From an uncultured Chloroflexia bacterium (GTDB taxonomy: Bacteria; Chloroflexota; Anaerolineae; CG2-30-64-16): a stretch of 64,000 bases of DNA. Positions 1 through 10,480 of the stretch are shown one piece after another. The stretch covers positions 64,001 through 128,000 of the forward strand of contig CAWEMM010000006.1 of NCBI GenBank assembly GCA_963810095.1, written 5' to 3'. A program made the translations under genes and the position numbers. Within the stretch, counting starts at the first letter, position 1, and each line of letters opens with the position of its first letter. A model generated the notes under the pieces. The model saw only the letters and a list, made by a program, of their open reading frames with translations. It did no database searches and was not told where the DNA came from.

Positions 1-69
1 TCGCAGCAGCCGGTGCATTCATCGCAGTCCTTCCTCAGATAATCGCTTCAGGCCACCCAAGGCGCGCCT

Positions 70-2205
70 CTATTCCGACTCGCGCACCCTCCGCGCCCTG
101 CGTGAGACGACATCCGACACCCCGCGCGCGGCGGCGAGCGAAGGCCGTTTCTGTGATCGCGGCAAGGTGCGGAACGCGTCTGACACGTGCGGGATGGGCA
201 TGGCCTCCACAAATGCTTCCTGGAAGCGCGGCTCCATCGCGATGCCGATGTATTGCGTCCACCGAGCCAGCCGCCGTGCATCCTCCCGCTCGCCCTTGTT
301 CAGTAGGGCGATCCGCGCGCCGTCGCCTGCCGAGTTCCCCGCCGTCGCCACCCGCTCCAGGTCGCAGTCGGGGATCATACCGAGCACCATCGCGTGCACG
401 GGGTCAATGTAGCTGCCGAATGCACCGGCAAGCAAGACCCGCGTCACGCGGTCGACTCCCATGCGCTCCATCAACAAACGCGCACCTGAATATAACGCTG
501 CCTTACCCAGCTGAATGTTCCGCACATCGTCGCTGGTTATGACAATTGGTCGCCCGGTGCTCGCTTCGTGTGGCCAGGCAAGCACGTATTCGGCCTTTGC
601 GCCCTGCCAACTCAGGCGAGGGTGACTGATCTCGGGCGCAAACCGCCCGTCGGGCGTGAGCATGCCGGCCATGAACAGCTCGGCGACGGCCTCGATGATG
701 CCCGACCCACAGATACCGGCTGCCAGGATGGGCCCCTGCCCCAGCAGCTGGCGCCGCTTGCGCTCGCGCCGTTGCCGCGCTTGCTCACGCGCCTCTTCCG
801 GGGTCACCTGTCCGGCGTCATGCGCCTTGTCGTCGTCCCCTTGGGGTTCCTGTTCCCACTCGTCATTCCACCCTTCCCGGCCGATCACTTTGAAGCGGCA
901 TTCGAGCGTGTCGGGGTCGATGCGCACCCGCTCGATCGCGCCCGCGGCCGCCCGCATGCCGTGCCGGATCTGCGCGCCCTCGAAGGCCGGACCGGTCGGG
1001 CTGGAGGCCGAGTACAGCTCGGTCGAGTTGCCGAGCAGGATTTCGCCGTTGGTGCCCACGTCCACGATCAGCCAGACCTCGTCTGGCGGGGCCTTGTCGG
1101 GTTCTTCGGCCAGGATCACGCCGACGTTGTCCGCGCCCACGTGGCCCGCTTCGAGCGGCAGCACATGGGCCTGCGCACCCGGCGCCAGCTTGAGACCGAG
1201 GTCGCGCGCCTTCACGTCCACTGCGTCGCTGACCGCGGGGCCAAACGGCGACTGCCCCAACTCGCGAGGCGGGATGTTTAGCAAGATGTGGTGCATCACG
1301 CTGTTACCCACCAACACGATATCGGTGATGGCGTCGGGCGTGATACCGGCCTCGCCCGCCGCTTCCTCGGCGAGCTCGTTCAGCGCCCGGATAATCGAAT
1401 CGTGCAACGTGGCCAGGCCAACCGCCCCGTTAAGGTCGCAGTACGACACCCGGCTCATCAGGTCCTCGCCGTAAGCAACCTGCGGGTTCATCTGGCTGGC
1501 GGTCGCCAGCACCTCGCCCGTGCGCAAGTCACACAGGTGCATAGCTACCGTCGTCGTCCCGATATCGACGGCCAAGCCGTACGCCTCTTCACAGTAGCCC
1601 GGCTGCACGCGCACCGCCTCACGATCCTGCCAGACCGTGACCGTGACCTTCCAGTCGCCCTTGCGGACCAGCGGCTGAAGGTCGCCGAACAAGACGGGAT
1701 CGAGGCGGACGTCGTGCAATCCAAACCGGGCGTCCAGTTCTGCGGCAATCCGGTCCCAGTCGCCCAGTTGGTGTTCGAGGGTGGGTGGCTCGATCTCGAC
1801 GTAATACAGGCGGATCGCCGGGTCCACGACGATGGCGCGCTCCGTGGCGGCCTTGCGCACCACCTGTTTCCGCGCCTGGCTCTCCTCGGGCACAAAGACC
1901 ATGAGGTCGCCCTGGATCTCGCAGGCGCAGGCCAGCCGGCGCCCCGGGGGCGGCTGGTGCTTGTCCCAATAATGCGTCTCGCGACCGTCGGGCGCGCTCA
2001 GGTGGTCTGCAGCCGACGTGATGCCGTGCTTCGGGAAAGAGCCTTCCTCGACGGTGATCTGGCACTTGCCGCATGTCTGGCGGCCGCTGCAGATGGCTTC
2101 GATTTCGACGCCCAACAACCGGGCGGCATCCAATAAGTTCGTGCCTGCGGGCACCTGGCCCTGGCGTCCCGAAGGCTGAAAAACAACGCGGTACGATTCT
2201 GGCAT
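70..2205 (-). CDS. ASKHA-type ATP-dependent corrinoid protein reductive activator (RACE/RamA/AcsV-like) with N-terminal 2Fe-2S ferredoxin
   Basis: C-x5-C-x2-C...C ferredoxin (CSGRQTCGKC...RLAC); DIGTTT, DVGTNGE, GPAFEG, GICGSG, AGAFGS motifs. ATG 2205 preferred over 2316; probable indel near 170 blurs the C-terminus. Confidence 0.9.
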   Translation of the reverse strand: MPESYRVVFQPSGRQGQVPAGTNLLDAARLLGVEIEAICSGRQTCGKCQITVEEGSFPKHGITSAADHLSAPDGRETHYWDKHQPPPGRRLACACEIQGDLMVFVPEESQARKQVVRKAATERAIVVDPAIRLYYVEIEPPTLEHQLGDWDRIAAELDARFGLHDVRLDPVLFGDLQPLVRKGDWKVTVTVWQDREAVRVQPGYCEEAYGLAVDIGTTTVAMHLCDLRTGEVLATASQMNPQVAYGEDLMSRVSYCDLNGAVGLATLHDSIIRALNELAEEAAGEAGITPDAITDIVLVGNSVMHHILLNIPPRELGQSPFGPAVSDAVDVKARDLGLKLAPGAQAHVLPLEAGHVGADNVGVILAEEPDKAPPDEVWLIVDVGTNGEILLGNSTELYSASSPTGPAFEGAQIRHGMRAAAGAIERVRIDPDTLECRFKVIGREGWNDEWEQEPQGDDDKAHDAGQVTPEEAREQARQRRERKRRQLLGQGPILAAGICGSGIIEAVAELFMAGMLTPDGRFAPEISHPRLSWQGAKAEYVLAWPHEASTGRPIVITSDDVRNIQLGKAALYSGARLLMERMGVDRVTRVLLAGAFGSYIDPVHAMVLGMIPDCDLERVATAGNSAGDGARIALLNKGEREDARRLARWTQYIGIAMEPRFQEAFVEAMPIPHVSDAFRTLPRSQKRPSLAAARGVSDVVSRRARRVRESE

Positions 2206-2403
2206 GCTGACTCGTGAAGGATGTGTGATCTTGTGACGACGCGACAACAGCACGATTCTACCACAGGCATGCCAGACGACGAAGGTGAGCGCTCGCGAGC
2301 ACCCGGTCCGTGGCACCGGACCGGGCGGGAAGCCGCCGCCGGTACCTCGCGCTCGCCTAGACCCCCTGCCTCGTCGATCCCGGCTAGATTGAGAATTCCC
2401 GGC

Positions 2404-2432
2404 TTGCCGCCCCTCTCATCCTGCCCTATAAT
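2404..2432 (+). promoter_or_regulatory. sigma70-type promoter of the methyltransferase gene
   Basis: TTGCCG-17 nt-TATAAT; RBS AGGAG before ATG 2484. Confidence 0.65.
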
Positions 2433-2483
2433 TCGAACCGTGCGCTGTTCGGTTACGGCGCGACTTAATGCCAGGAGCATCGT

Positions 2484-3467
2484 ATGCACACGGTACTTCG
2501 CTCGCGCTCGGGCGTCGAAACGACCATCGGCCCAGACCAGCCGTTCGTGATTATCGGCGAACGCATCAACCCGACGGGCCGGAAGGCGCTGGCCGCGGAA
2601 ATGCTGGCAGGCAACTTCGAGCGGGTGAAGGCCGATGCGCTGGCGCAGGTGCAGGCCGGCGCCACGGTTCTCGACGTCAATGCCGGGCTGGGGGTGGCGA
2701 ACGCCCACGAGCTCGAGCCCGAAGTGATGGTGAAGGCGATCGAGGCGGTGCAGTCGGTGGTCGACGTCCCGCTGTGCATCGACTCGTCGGTGCCGGGCGC
2801 GCTGATTGCCGGGCTGAAGGCCGCGGGCGGCCGCCCACTGATCAACTCGGTGACGGGAGAAGATGACCGGCTCGAAAAGGTGCTCCCGCTGGTCGCCGAG
2901 TACAAGGTCGCCGTCATCGCGATTTCGAACGACGAATCGGGCATCAGCATGGACCCGAAGGTGCGGTTCGAGGTGGCAAAGCGGATCGTCCTGCGCGCGG
3001 AGTCGTACGGCATCCCGCGCGAGGACGTGTTGATCGATCCGCTCGTGATGCCCGTAGGCGCGGTGAATATGGCGGGGCGCGCGGTCCTCGACATCCTGCG
3101 CTGGATTCACGACGAGCTGGGCTGCAACACGGTGTGTGGCGCCAGCAACGTGTCGTTTGGCCTGCCAGACCGGGAAGCTATCAACGCGACGTTCCTGGCC
3201 ATGCTCGTTGCGGGTGGAATGACGAGCGCGATCACGAACCCACTCAAGCCGGAGCTGAAGAAGGCGGTCATGGCAGCAGACATGCTGGTGGGCAACGACG
3301 CGGACTGCATGCGCTGGCTGAAATACCAGCGCCAGCTGTCGAAGGCGGCCGCGAGTGCGCCCGCCGCGCCGGCCCGGGTCGAAGCGCCGCCGGCACCTGC
3401 CAACGCGACGCCGGTGGACGACCGCGAGGCCCGCCGCGCCGCCCGCCGCGCCGAGAGGGGCAGCTAA
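2484..3467 (+). CDS. Pterin-binding methyltetrahydrofolate:corrinoid methyltransferase (AcsE/MetH pterin-domain-like)
   Basis: IIGERINPTG, LDVNAG, IDSS, INSV, IDP, GASNVSFGLP motifs; Ala/Pro-rich tail. Confidence 0.9.
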   Translation: MHTVLRSRSGVETTIGPDQPFVIIGERINPTGRKALAAEMLAGNFERVKADALAQVQAGATVLDVNAGLGVANAHELEPEVMVKAIEAVQSVVDVPLCIDSSVPGALIAGLKAAGGRPLINSVTGEDDRLEKVLPLVAEYKVAVIAISNDESGISMDPKVRFEVAKRIVLRAESYGIPREDVLIDPLVMPVGAVNMAGRAVLDILRWIHDELGCNTVCGASNVSFGLPDREAINATFLAMLVAGGMTSAITNPLKPELKKAVMAADMLVGNDADCMRWLKYQRQLSKAAASAPAAPARVEAPPAPANATPVDDREARRAARRAERGS

Positions 3468-3538
3468 CCACGAAGAACCAAAGAACCGAAGCGCACCGGT
3501 CTTTGTGCGCCTTCTTGTTCTTCGGTTCTTCCTGTGAA
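3467..3538. repeat. 8-nt-unit palindromic element (subtype B-like)
   Basis: ACCACGAAGAACCAAAGAACCGAAG...CTTCTTGTTCTTCGGTTCTTCCTGTGAA; overlaps TAA stop 3465-3467. Confidence 0.85.
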
Positions 3539-3576
3539 TCATAGTATCGCCGACAAGTTATTGTTAGGAGCAATTC

Positions 3577-4510
3577 ATGAACCCAGTCCTTCTTAAGCTC
3601 GGGCCCTTCCAGGTGCACTGGTACGGCCTGCTGATCGTGGCCGGTGCCGTGCTGGCGGCGTGGATCTCCACCTTCGAGGCCAAGCGCCGCGGCGAGGACC
3701 CCGAGCACGTGTGGGGGCTCCTCACCTGGTGTTTGATCTTCGGAATCATCGGCGCGCGGCTGTACCATGTTTTTTCCACCCCGACGGGGAACTTCGCCGG
3801 GTGGGCCTATTACCGCGAGAACCCCCTTCAAATCATCGCTTTCTGGAACGGAGGGTTTCGCGGCCTGGGCATTTATGGCGCAGTGGCGGGCGGCGTGCTC
3901 GCGGTCCTGCTCTACACCCGCCGGCACCATCTCAGTCTGCTGCGCTGGCTCGACATCCCTGCGCCCGGTTTGTTGCTGGCCCAAGCCGTGGGCCGCATGG
4001 GCAACCGCATCAACCAGGAACTCTACGGCCCGCGAGACGAACCTGCCGTGGGCGTTTCGCATCGATCCGCGCTTCCCATGCCAGGAGCCTGCCGGCTCAC
4101 CTAACGCGTGCGGGCTGCCCGACCGCCTGACGCCCGAGGCGACGGCGTGGTACCAGTCGCACGGCTTCCACCCGACGTTCTTCTACGAGATGATCTGGAA
4201 CCTCCTTGGCTTCCTCGTGCTGTGGTTCGGGGGCCGGGCGCTGGTCAAAAAGTTGCGCGACGGCGACATCTTCCTCAGCTACATGATCTGGTACGGCGTT
4301 GGTCGCTTCTGGGTGGAGATGTTCCGGCCGGATGCCTGGCGGATGGGCCAGTTGGCGACGGCACAGTGGGTTGCGGTGGGCTTCGTCGTCGCGGGTGTCG
4401 TTGGCATTATCATCAACCACTTACGCCCGCATCGCGCATCACAGGAGCCGGTGACCACCGAGCCCGCGGCAGAGCCGCCGGCCGAATCGGCGAACACAGA
4501 AGCTGCGTAA
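3577..4510 (+). CDS. lgt: Prolipoprotein diacylglyceryl transferase (frameshift near 4035, probably sequencing error)
   Basis: HWYGL, GARLYHV, GRMGN..NQELYG in ORF 3577-4104; HPTFFYE and RFWVEMFR in ORF 3767-4510. Confidence 0.9.
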
Positions 4511-4532
4511 AGTCCGCCGCAGATTTCGGCAC

Positions 4533-4565
4533 AAACCGGGTTCCTCGCCGAACCCGGTTTCTTTT
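4533..4565 (+). repeat. GAAACCGGGTTTC-type palindrome; may also terminate lgt
   Basis: Perfect 11-bp inverted repeat AAACCGGGTTC / GAACCCGGTTT followed by CTTTT; related copies at 12769 and 49264. Confidence 0.65.
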
Positions 4566-4578
4566 GCCACAAGCACCC

Positions 4579-4639
4579 ATCCCCCCTGGGAGGGGATAGT
4601 AGGCAAACTTGCAGAACTCCGGCAGTTGTGTGCTATAAT
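4579..4639 (+). promoter_or_regulatory. CsoR-type operator plus extended -10 promoter
   Basis: ATCCCC-CCTGGGA-GGGGAT C/G-tract pseudo-palindrome (4579-4597); TGcTATAAT at 4631-4639 upstream of csoR. Confidence 0.7.
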
Positions 4640-4667
4640 CTACACAGCAACGGAGGAAATTGGTGTG

Positions 4668-4943
4668 ATGAACGGTGAAACCAAAGCGGGGGTCGTCCGC
4701 CGGCTACAGAGCGTCGAAGGCCACGTCCGCGGCATCCAGCGCATGGTGGAGGAAGACCAGTACTGCATCGACGTGATCAAACAGATCAGTGCGGTACAGG
4801 CGGCGCTCAGCAAAATGCAGCAGATCATCTTGGACGACCATCTTCATTCGTGTGTCACGACGGCGATTCGCGGGGACGATCCCGAACGCCGCGAGGCCGT
4901 GATCGACGAAATCCTCGGCGTATTTTCGATCGCCAATAAGTAA
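4668..4943 (+). CDS. csoR: Copper-sensing repressor CsoR
   Basis: RLQSVEGHVRGIQRMVEE..YCIDV...HLHSC (Cys-His-Cys ligands); GGAGG RBS; upstream of copZ-copA. Confidence 0.9.
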   Translation: MNGETKAGVVRRLQSVEGHVRGIQRMVEEDQYCIDVIKQISAVQAALSKMQQIILDDHLHSCVTTAIRGDDPERREAVIDEILGVFSIANK

Positions 4944-5006
4944 GGGCCGCCCGCGGCCGGCGTCCTCAGGGCGCCTCATCAGTATCAATAGCAGGAGGAC
5001 TATCTT

Positions 5007-5216
5007 ATGTCTGTCACCGTCAAGTTGAGCATCCCGAACATTTCCTGCGGTCACTGCACCAAGACCGTCATCCGCGAGACCAAGGACCTGCCCGGCGTAG
5101 AAAACGTCGAGGCGGATATCGAAAGCAAGAGCGCAACATTTACGCTGGCCAGCGAAGCGGACCTCTCTCGGGTGAAGGAAACTCTAGCCGAGATCGGGTA
5201 CCCGGCAGTTAACTGA
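5007..5216 (+). CDS. copZ: Copper chaperone (HMA domain)
   Basis: 69 aa, ISCGHC motif, GY near C-terminus. Confidence 0.9.
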   Translation: MSVTVKLSIPNISCGHCTKTVIRETKDLPGVENVEADIESKSATFTLASEADLSRVKETLAEIGYPAVN

Positions 5217-5226
5217 CACGCAGTTT

Positions 5227-5267
5227 GCGCAGCAGGGGTTATCGAGGGGCCTTGACCCCTGCTGCGC
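5227..5267 (+). other. Intercistronic hairpin between copZ and copA
   Basis: Perfect 13-bp inverted repeat GCGCAGCAGGGGT / ACCCCTGCTGCGC, no U-tract. Confidence 0.55.
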
Positions 5268-5279
5268 CGGAAATAGAAA

Positions 5280-7689
5280 ATGGCAGAAACCAGACAAATC
5301 ACCCTCCCACTCACCGGCATGACGTGCGCGAACTGCTCCGCCACCATCGAGCGGAACCTGCGCAAGATGCCCGGGGTTGAGCAGGCATCGGTCAACTACG
5401 CCACCGAAAAGGCCACCGTCGCTTTTGACCCGGGCCAAACGAGCGAGTCGGCGATGACCTCGCTGATTAGCGATCTCGGTTACGGCGTGGCCGCGGGCAA
5501 GCTTGAAATCCCGGTCAGCGGCATGACGTGCGCCAACTGCGCGGCGACCATCGAGCGGAACCTCAAGAAGATGCCGGGCGTGGTCAACGCGAACGTCAAC
5601 TATGCGACCGAGCGCGCGACCGTCGAGTTCATCCCGACCCTGGTCAATTACAGCGACATCAAGCGGAAGATCGTCGACGTGGGGTACGGCGTCATCGAGT
5701 CGAGCGCGGGCAGCCGGCCGGCCGATGTGGAGGCTGAAGCGCGCGATCGTGAGATTGCCCAACAGCGCCGTATGCTGTGGGTGGGCGTTGCACTGACCAT
5801 CCCGATTTTCCTGATCGGCATGGCCAACATGCTGGGCCTGCTCGAGCACATGGGGTGGTCCAACTGGCTCATGTTCTTACTGGCCACGCCCGTGCAGTTT
5901 TATGTTGGCGGCCAATATTACGTCGGCGGGTACAAGGCCCTCAAGAACGGCAGCGCCAACATGGACGTGCTGATCGCGTTGGGCTCGTCGGCCGCGTACT
6001 TCTACAGCGTAGCCGTGCTGCTGTTCCCGATGCAGCTGGGCATGACGGTTTATTTCGAGACCTCCGCGCTGATCATCACCCTCATTAAGGTCGGCAAGTA
6101 CCTCGAAGCCGTGGCCAAGGGCCGGACCAGCGCAGCCATCAAGGCGCTCATGGGGCTGCAGGCCAAAACGGCCCGGGTCGTGCGCGACGGGGTCGAGCAG
6201 GACGTGCCCGTCGAAGACGTGATGCCGGGCGACACGGTGATCGTGCGGCCGGGCGAAAAGCTGCCGGTCGATGGGATCGTCCTGGACGGCCGGTCGTCGG
6301 TCGACGAGTCGATGCTGACCGGCGAAAGCCTGCCCGTGGACAAGCGGCCGGGCAGCGAGGTCATCGGCGCCACCATCAACAAGTCGGGCATGTTGACCAT
6401 CCAGGCGACGAAGGTGGGCGCCGACAGCGCGCTGGCCCAGATCGTCCGCCTGGTGGAAGAGGCCCAGGGGTCGAAGGCTCCGATCCAGGCGCTGGCCGAT
6501 AAGGTGTCGGGCGTGTTCGTGCCCATCGTGATCGCGATTGCGCTGCTGACGTTCCTCGGCTGGTACTTCATTGCGGACGCCGGCTTCACGACGGCCATGA
6601 TCAACATGGTGGCCGTGCTGGTGATCGCGTGCCCCTGCGCACTCGGTCTCGCCACGCCGACCGCCATCATGGTGGGCACAGGCAAGGGCGCGCAGAACGG
6701 CATCCTGTTCCGCAGCTCCGACGCACTCGAACGGGCCGAGAAGCTGCAGGTGGTCGTACTCGACAAGACGGGAACGATCACACAGGGGAAGCCCGCGGTC
6801 ACCGACGTGCTGCCCTACGGCACCGGCGAAGGCGAGCTGCTGCGGCTGGTGGCTTCGGCAGAGCGCGGGTCGGAGCATCCGCTGGGTGAAGCGATCGTGA
6901 ACGCGGCGAATGAGCGCGGCTTGAAGTTGGAGCAGCCGGCCGCATTCGAGGCCATCGCAGGCCACGGCATTCGCCGCGACGCTCGGCGAGCGCACTCTCG
7001 TCGTGGGCACCGCCCGGCTGATGGGGAACGAGGGGATCGGCCTCGGACCGGCCCAGGCAGACGTGGAGTGCCTGCAGGCCGAAGGCAAGACCGCGGTACT
7101 TGCCGCCATCGACGGCAAGATCGCGGGCGTTATCGGCATCGCGGATACGGTCAAGGCCGGCGCCGCAGACGCGATCGGCGGGCTCAAGAAGCAGGGGCTG
7201 AAGGTTGTGATGCTGACCGGCGACAACCAACGGACCGCGGCTGCGATCGCGGGCCAGGTTGGCATCGACGAAGTGCGCGCCGAGGTCCTGCCCGGCGACA
7301 AGGCGAACCAGGTGAAGGCCATCCAGGGCACTGCGAAAACCGTCGTGGCCATGGTCGGCGACGGGATCAACGATGCGCCTGCGCTGGCCCAGGCCGACGT
7401 GGGCATGGCCATCGGCACGGGCACCGACGTAGCGATGGAGACGGCCGGGGTGACGCTGATGAGCGGCGACCTGCACGGGGTGCGCAAGGCGATCGCATTG
7501 AGCCGGGCGGTCATGCGTACAATCAAGCAGAACCTGTTCTGGGCCTTCTTCTACAACGTGATCCTGATCCCCGTGGCTGTCGCGGGGCTGCTGCACAACG
7601 CACCCTGGCTGGCGGCTGCGGCCATGGCGTTTTCGTCGATCTTCGTCGTCTCTAATTCTCTCCGGCTGCGCGGGTTCAAGATGGCGTAG
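5280..7689 (+). CDS. copA: Cu(I)-exporting P1B-type ATPase (frameshift near 6975)
   Basis: Two GMTCANC HMA domains, TGES, CPC, DKTGT, SEHPL; TGDN, GDGIND, YN and MAFSS in ORF 7003-7689. Confidence 0.95.
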
Positions 7690-7691
7690 CG

Positions 7692-7754
7692 ACGGGGGCG
7701 AGGCGTTCTGGACCCAGTGCACCTGCGCCGAGGTCCAGAACGCCTCGCCTCTAC
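7692..7754. repeat. REP-like palindrome ending in CTAC
   Basis: Perfect 18-bp inverted repeat GGCGAGGCGTTCTGGACC (7697-7714) / GGTCCAGAACGCCTCGCC (7732-7749), then TCTAC. Confidence 0.6.
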
Positions 7755-7784
7755 TGTGACTAAAAACACTTGTGACCTTTGTCA

Positions 7785-7813
7785 TTGACACCTTTGGGCA
7801 CTGATGCTATACT
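7785..7813 (+). promoter_or_regulatory. sigma70 promoter of the ccm cluster
   Basis: TTGACA-17 nt-TATACT with TG extension. Confidence 0.8.
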
Positions 7814-7856
7814 CCGGCTTGTCAGCCAGAAGGCAATAACATCACGCGGAGGAATG

Positions 7857-8429
7857 ATGGCGGAAAGCTCGACCATCCTAAAGGGCGCTGTAACGACCCA
7901 CAAGGCGAATAGCAAGGTGAAGTTCATCGTAGGCGGCCTGGTCATCGTGGGCCTGATCGCTTATTTGATCATTTCGTCCATTTCCAGCGCAGGCGCCTAC
8001 TATCGCGAGGTGGGCGAGGTGCTGGCGCAGCGTGATGCGCTGGTGGGCAAGAGCCTGCGGGTGAGCGGCAACATCGTCACCGAGAGCGTCACCTACGACG
8101 CGGCCAAGCTGGACCTCAACTTCCTCGTCTCCGATCCGAAGGACCCGACCAAGCAATTGGCGGTCTATTTCCACGGGGTTAAGCCGGACCAGATGACGCG
8201 CGAAGGCTCGAGCGCCATCATCGAAGGGACGCTGAGCACCGGCGGAACGGGCGGCAGCGGCAACAGCGGCGGGGGCGGGAGTAGCAGCAACAGTGGCGGC
8301 GGCAGCGGCAAAGGCGGAATGGTCGCCGGAGCCGGTGCTACGGTCGTCGCGAACAACTTGCTCCTCAAGTGCCCGTCGCGCTACGAAGAACAGGGTATCG
8401 AAGAAATCAAGGTCGAGGCTGTCAAATAG
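7857..8429 (+). CDS. ccmE: Heme chaperone CcmE, CxxxY variant, with Gly/Ser-rich insert
   Basis: N-terminal TM, YY..V, LRVSG, KPD, IIEG, LLKCPSRY. Confidence 0.88.
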   Translation: MAESSTILKGAVTTHKANSKVKFIVGGLVIVGLIAYLIISSISSAGAYYREVGEVLAQRDALVGKSLRVSGNIVTESVTYDAAKLDLNFLVSDPKDPTKQLAVYFHGVKPDQMTREGSSAIIEGTLSTGGTGGSGNSGGGGSSSNSGGGSGKGGMVAGAGATVVANNLLLKCPSRYEEQGIEEIKVEAVK

Positions 8430-8460
8430 TCCTCCGCCCATAATCCCTAACGCACATCGT

Positions 8461-8495
8461 CAGACCTGGCAGGTCTCTAGGGGCCTGTCAGGTCT
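8461..8495. repeat. AGACCTG(G/T)CAGGTCT double palindrome
   Basis: CAGACCTGGCAGGTCT-ctagg-GGCCTGTCAGGTCT: two near-palindromic units in tandem. Confidence 0.5.
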
Positions 8496-8578
8496 ATTGC
8501 TGTAAATTAGCCGGACCCGCCAGGTTGCTCCGAAAGCCCTCGGGTTCAGACTCGTCTTTCAGAAAGACCCTTCGCTGC

Positions 8579-10375
8579 ATGAAACTGACACGCTTATTCC
8601 TCATCGGCGCGCTCGTCGTCCTGATCGCCCTGCCCGCCGCATCCGCCCTGGCGCAAGAGGCGCCCACCCCTGCCGCACCCGCTGAAAGCGCCGTCACTCC
8701 GCCCGAACCGCTGAGCGGCCAGGCGAACTGGGTTCAGAACTGCGCGCCGTGCCACGGGACGACGGGCAAGGGCGATGGTCCGAGCGCCGCCGGGCTGGGC
8801 CGTACGCCGGCCGCGCTGGGCGACTACAAGGCTATCGCTGCGAAGTCGCTGCAGGAACTCTTCGACGTGACCAAGAACGGACGCATGCAGCAGATGATGC
8901 CACCGTGGAAGAACCAGCTGAGCGACCAGGAGATTTGGAACACGGTCGCGTACGCCTGGAGCCTCCACACGAGCCGCGAGGAAGTGGACCAGGGCAAGAC
9001 GGTTTACGAGGCCAACTGTGCGTCGTGCCACGGTGCAGACGGCAAAGCCGGCACGGGTGGGGCCCCCAACCTCGCCGACTTTGCCAAGACCAGCCAGGTG
9101 AGCCAGGCCCAGTGGGCCGATGCTGTCGCCAAGGGCAAGGGCACGATGCCGGGGTTCGCCGGCAAGCTGAGCGACGCGGACCAGCAGGCCGCACTCACCT
9201 ACGCCCGGCAGCTTTCGCTGGGCGGGCCGCTCTTCCGCGAGGCGCTCACCAAGGGCACCGGCGTCATCAGCGGCACGGTCACCAACAAGACGACGGACAA
9301 ACCCTACGCCGATGCGACCGTCACCCTGGGTATTTTTGACCAGGCCAGCCAGCTCGAACAGCGGACGATCAAAACCGACGCCGACGGCTTCTACAAGTTC
9401 GACCAACTGCCGACGGACAGCACCCTGGCCTATGGCGTGCGAGTCGAGTACCCCGCCGGCGTCCCTTACACCTCCGAGTTCGTTAGCCTCGAGCCGGGCA
9501 AGGCCGAGGCGAACCTTCCCGTCCTGGTGTATGACACGACGACCGACGGAGCGGGCATCCGCGCGGAGCGCGTGCACTACATCGTCGAGTTTGACGCGGG
9601 CCGCGCGCTGATTGCCGAACTGGTCGTGCTGAGCCTCGACGGGGATAAGGCCTACGTGGGCGACGGCAACCACGTCCTGCGCTTTCCGCTGCCCGCGGGA
9701 GCACAAGACCTGAGCGTCAACGAGGGCCAGTTGGGCGAGCGGTTCATCCAGATCGACAACGGGTTTGTCGATCGCCTCGCGCTCACGCCCGGCCAGAACA
9801 GCCGCCAGATCCTGTACCGCTACACGCTGCCCTACCAGGGCACCAGCCTCGACCTCGTGCGCTCGCTGCCCTACCCCGCCACAGCCGTCAACGCGCTCGT
9901 TTCGGACGTGGGCGAGAAGGTCACCAGCCCTGACATGAGCGACGGCGGCCGCCGCGACACGCAGAACGGCGCCTATTTCACCTTCACCCAGCCCGACGTG
10001 GCGGCTAACCAGCAGGTGCGCCTCAGCATGACGGGCCTGCCCGACGCCGCTGCGGCAGCCTCGGGCGCGGCGACAGGCGCAAGCACGACGGCTACGGCTA
10101 CTGGCGTCGGCGGTCTCGACCGGCGCATCCTCATGGGCTTGATTGCCACGGTGGCGGCCATCGCCGCGTTCCTCGTCGCCCTGCCCATCGCACTGCGGCG
10201 GCGCCAGCAGGCGAGCCTGGTGGGCGAGGGTCTGGACCGTGACGAATTGATCGACGCGCTGGCCCGGTTGGACCTCGCGTACGAGGCGGGCGAAATCGGC
10301 GAGTCCAGGTATCGCGACGAGCGGATGCAGCTGAAGGCCCAGTTGCGCGACGCGCTGCGCGCAGATTCAGAGTAG
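8579..10375 (+). CDS. Secreted, membrane-anchored diheme cytochrome c with beta-sandwich region and CcmI/CycH-like tail
   Basis: Signal peptide; CAPCH and CASCH with distal MP motifs; C-terminal TM, then LIDALARLDLAYEAGEIGESRY. Confidence 0.8.
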   Translation: MKLTRLFLIGALVVLIALPAASALAQEAPTPAAPAESAVTPPEPLSGQANWVQNCAPCHGTTGKGDGPSAAGLGRTPAALGDYKAIAAKSLQELFDVTKNGRMQQMMPPWKNQLSDQEIWNTVAYAWSLHTSREEVDQGKTVYEANCASCHGADGKAGTGGAPNLADFAKTSQVSQAQWADAVAKGKGTMPGFAGKLSDADQQAALTYARQLSLGGPLFREALTKGTGVISGTVTNKTTDKPYADATVTLGIFDQASQLEQRTIKTDADGFYKFDQLPTDSTLAYGVRVEYPAGVPYTSEFVSLEPGKAEANLPVLVYDTTTDGAGIRAERVHYIVEFDAGRALIAELVVLSLDGDKAYVGDGNHVLRFPLPAGAQDLSVNEGQLGERFIQIDNGFVDRLALTPGQNSRQILYRYTLPYQGTSLDLVRSLPYPATAVNALVSDVGEKVTSPDMSDGGRRDTQNGAYFTFTQPDVAANQQVRLSMTGLPDAAAAASGAATGASTTATATGVGGLDRRILMGLIATVAAIAAFLVALPIALRRRQQASLVGEGLDRDELIDALARLDLAYEAGEIGESRYRDERMQLKAQLRDALRADSE

Positions 10376-10378
10376 TTC

Positions 10379-10453
10379 ACCACCAAGACTCGAAGACACA
10401 CAGCGCCACTAAGGACCCCTGGTGAGCCCTCGTGTCTTTGGGCCTTCGTGGTT
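10379..10453. repeat. 8-nt-unit palindromic element (subtype A)
   Basis: ACCACCAAGACTCGAAGACAC...CTCGTGTCTTTGGGCCTTCGTGGTT, 3 nt after TAG. Confidence 0.85.
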
Positions 10454-10480
10454 CACGCAGTGTCACTGTAGGGAACAACC

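Noticed and set aside
1-34. Start of another minus-strand gene (ATG at 22 with GGAAGGA RBS)
   Set aside because: Only seven codons are visible, too few to call.
2206-2483. Cobalamin or SAM riboswitch between the corrinoid genes
   Set aside because: A hairpin exists (CCCGGTCCG / CGGACCGGG near 2302-2325), but I could not find the conserved riboswitch motifs, and it lies upstream of both predicted promoters.
7755-7790. CRP/FNR/Rex-like site (TGTGAC twice) upstream of the ccm promoter
   Set aside because: Only half-sites match; too weak to assign.
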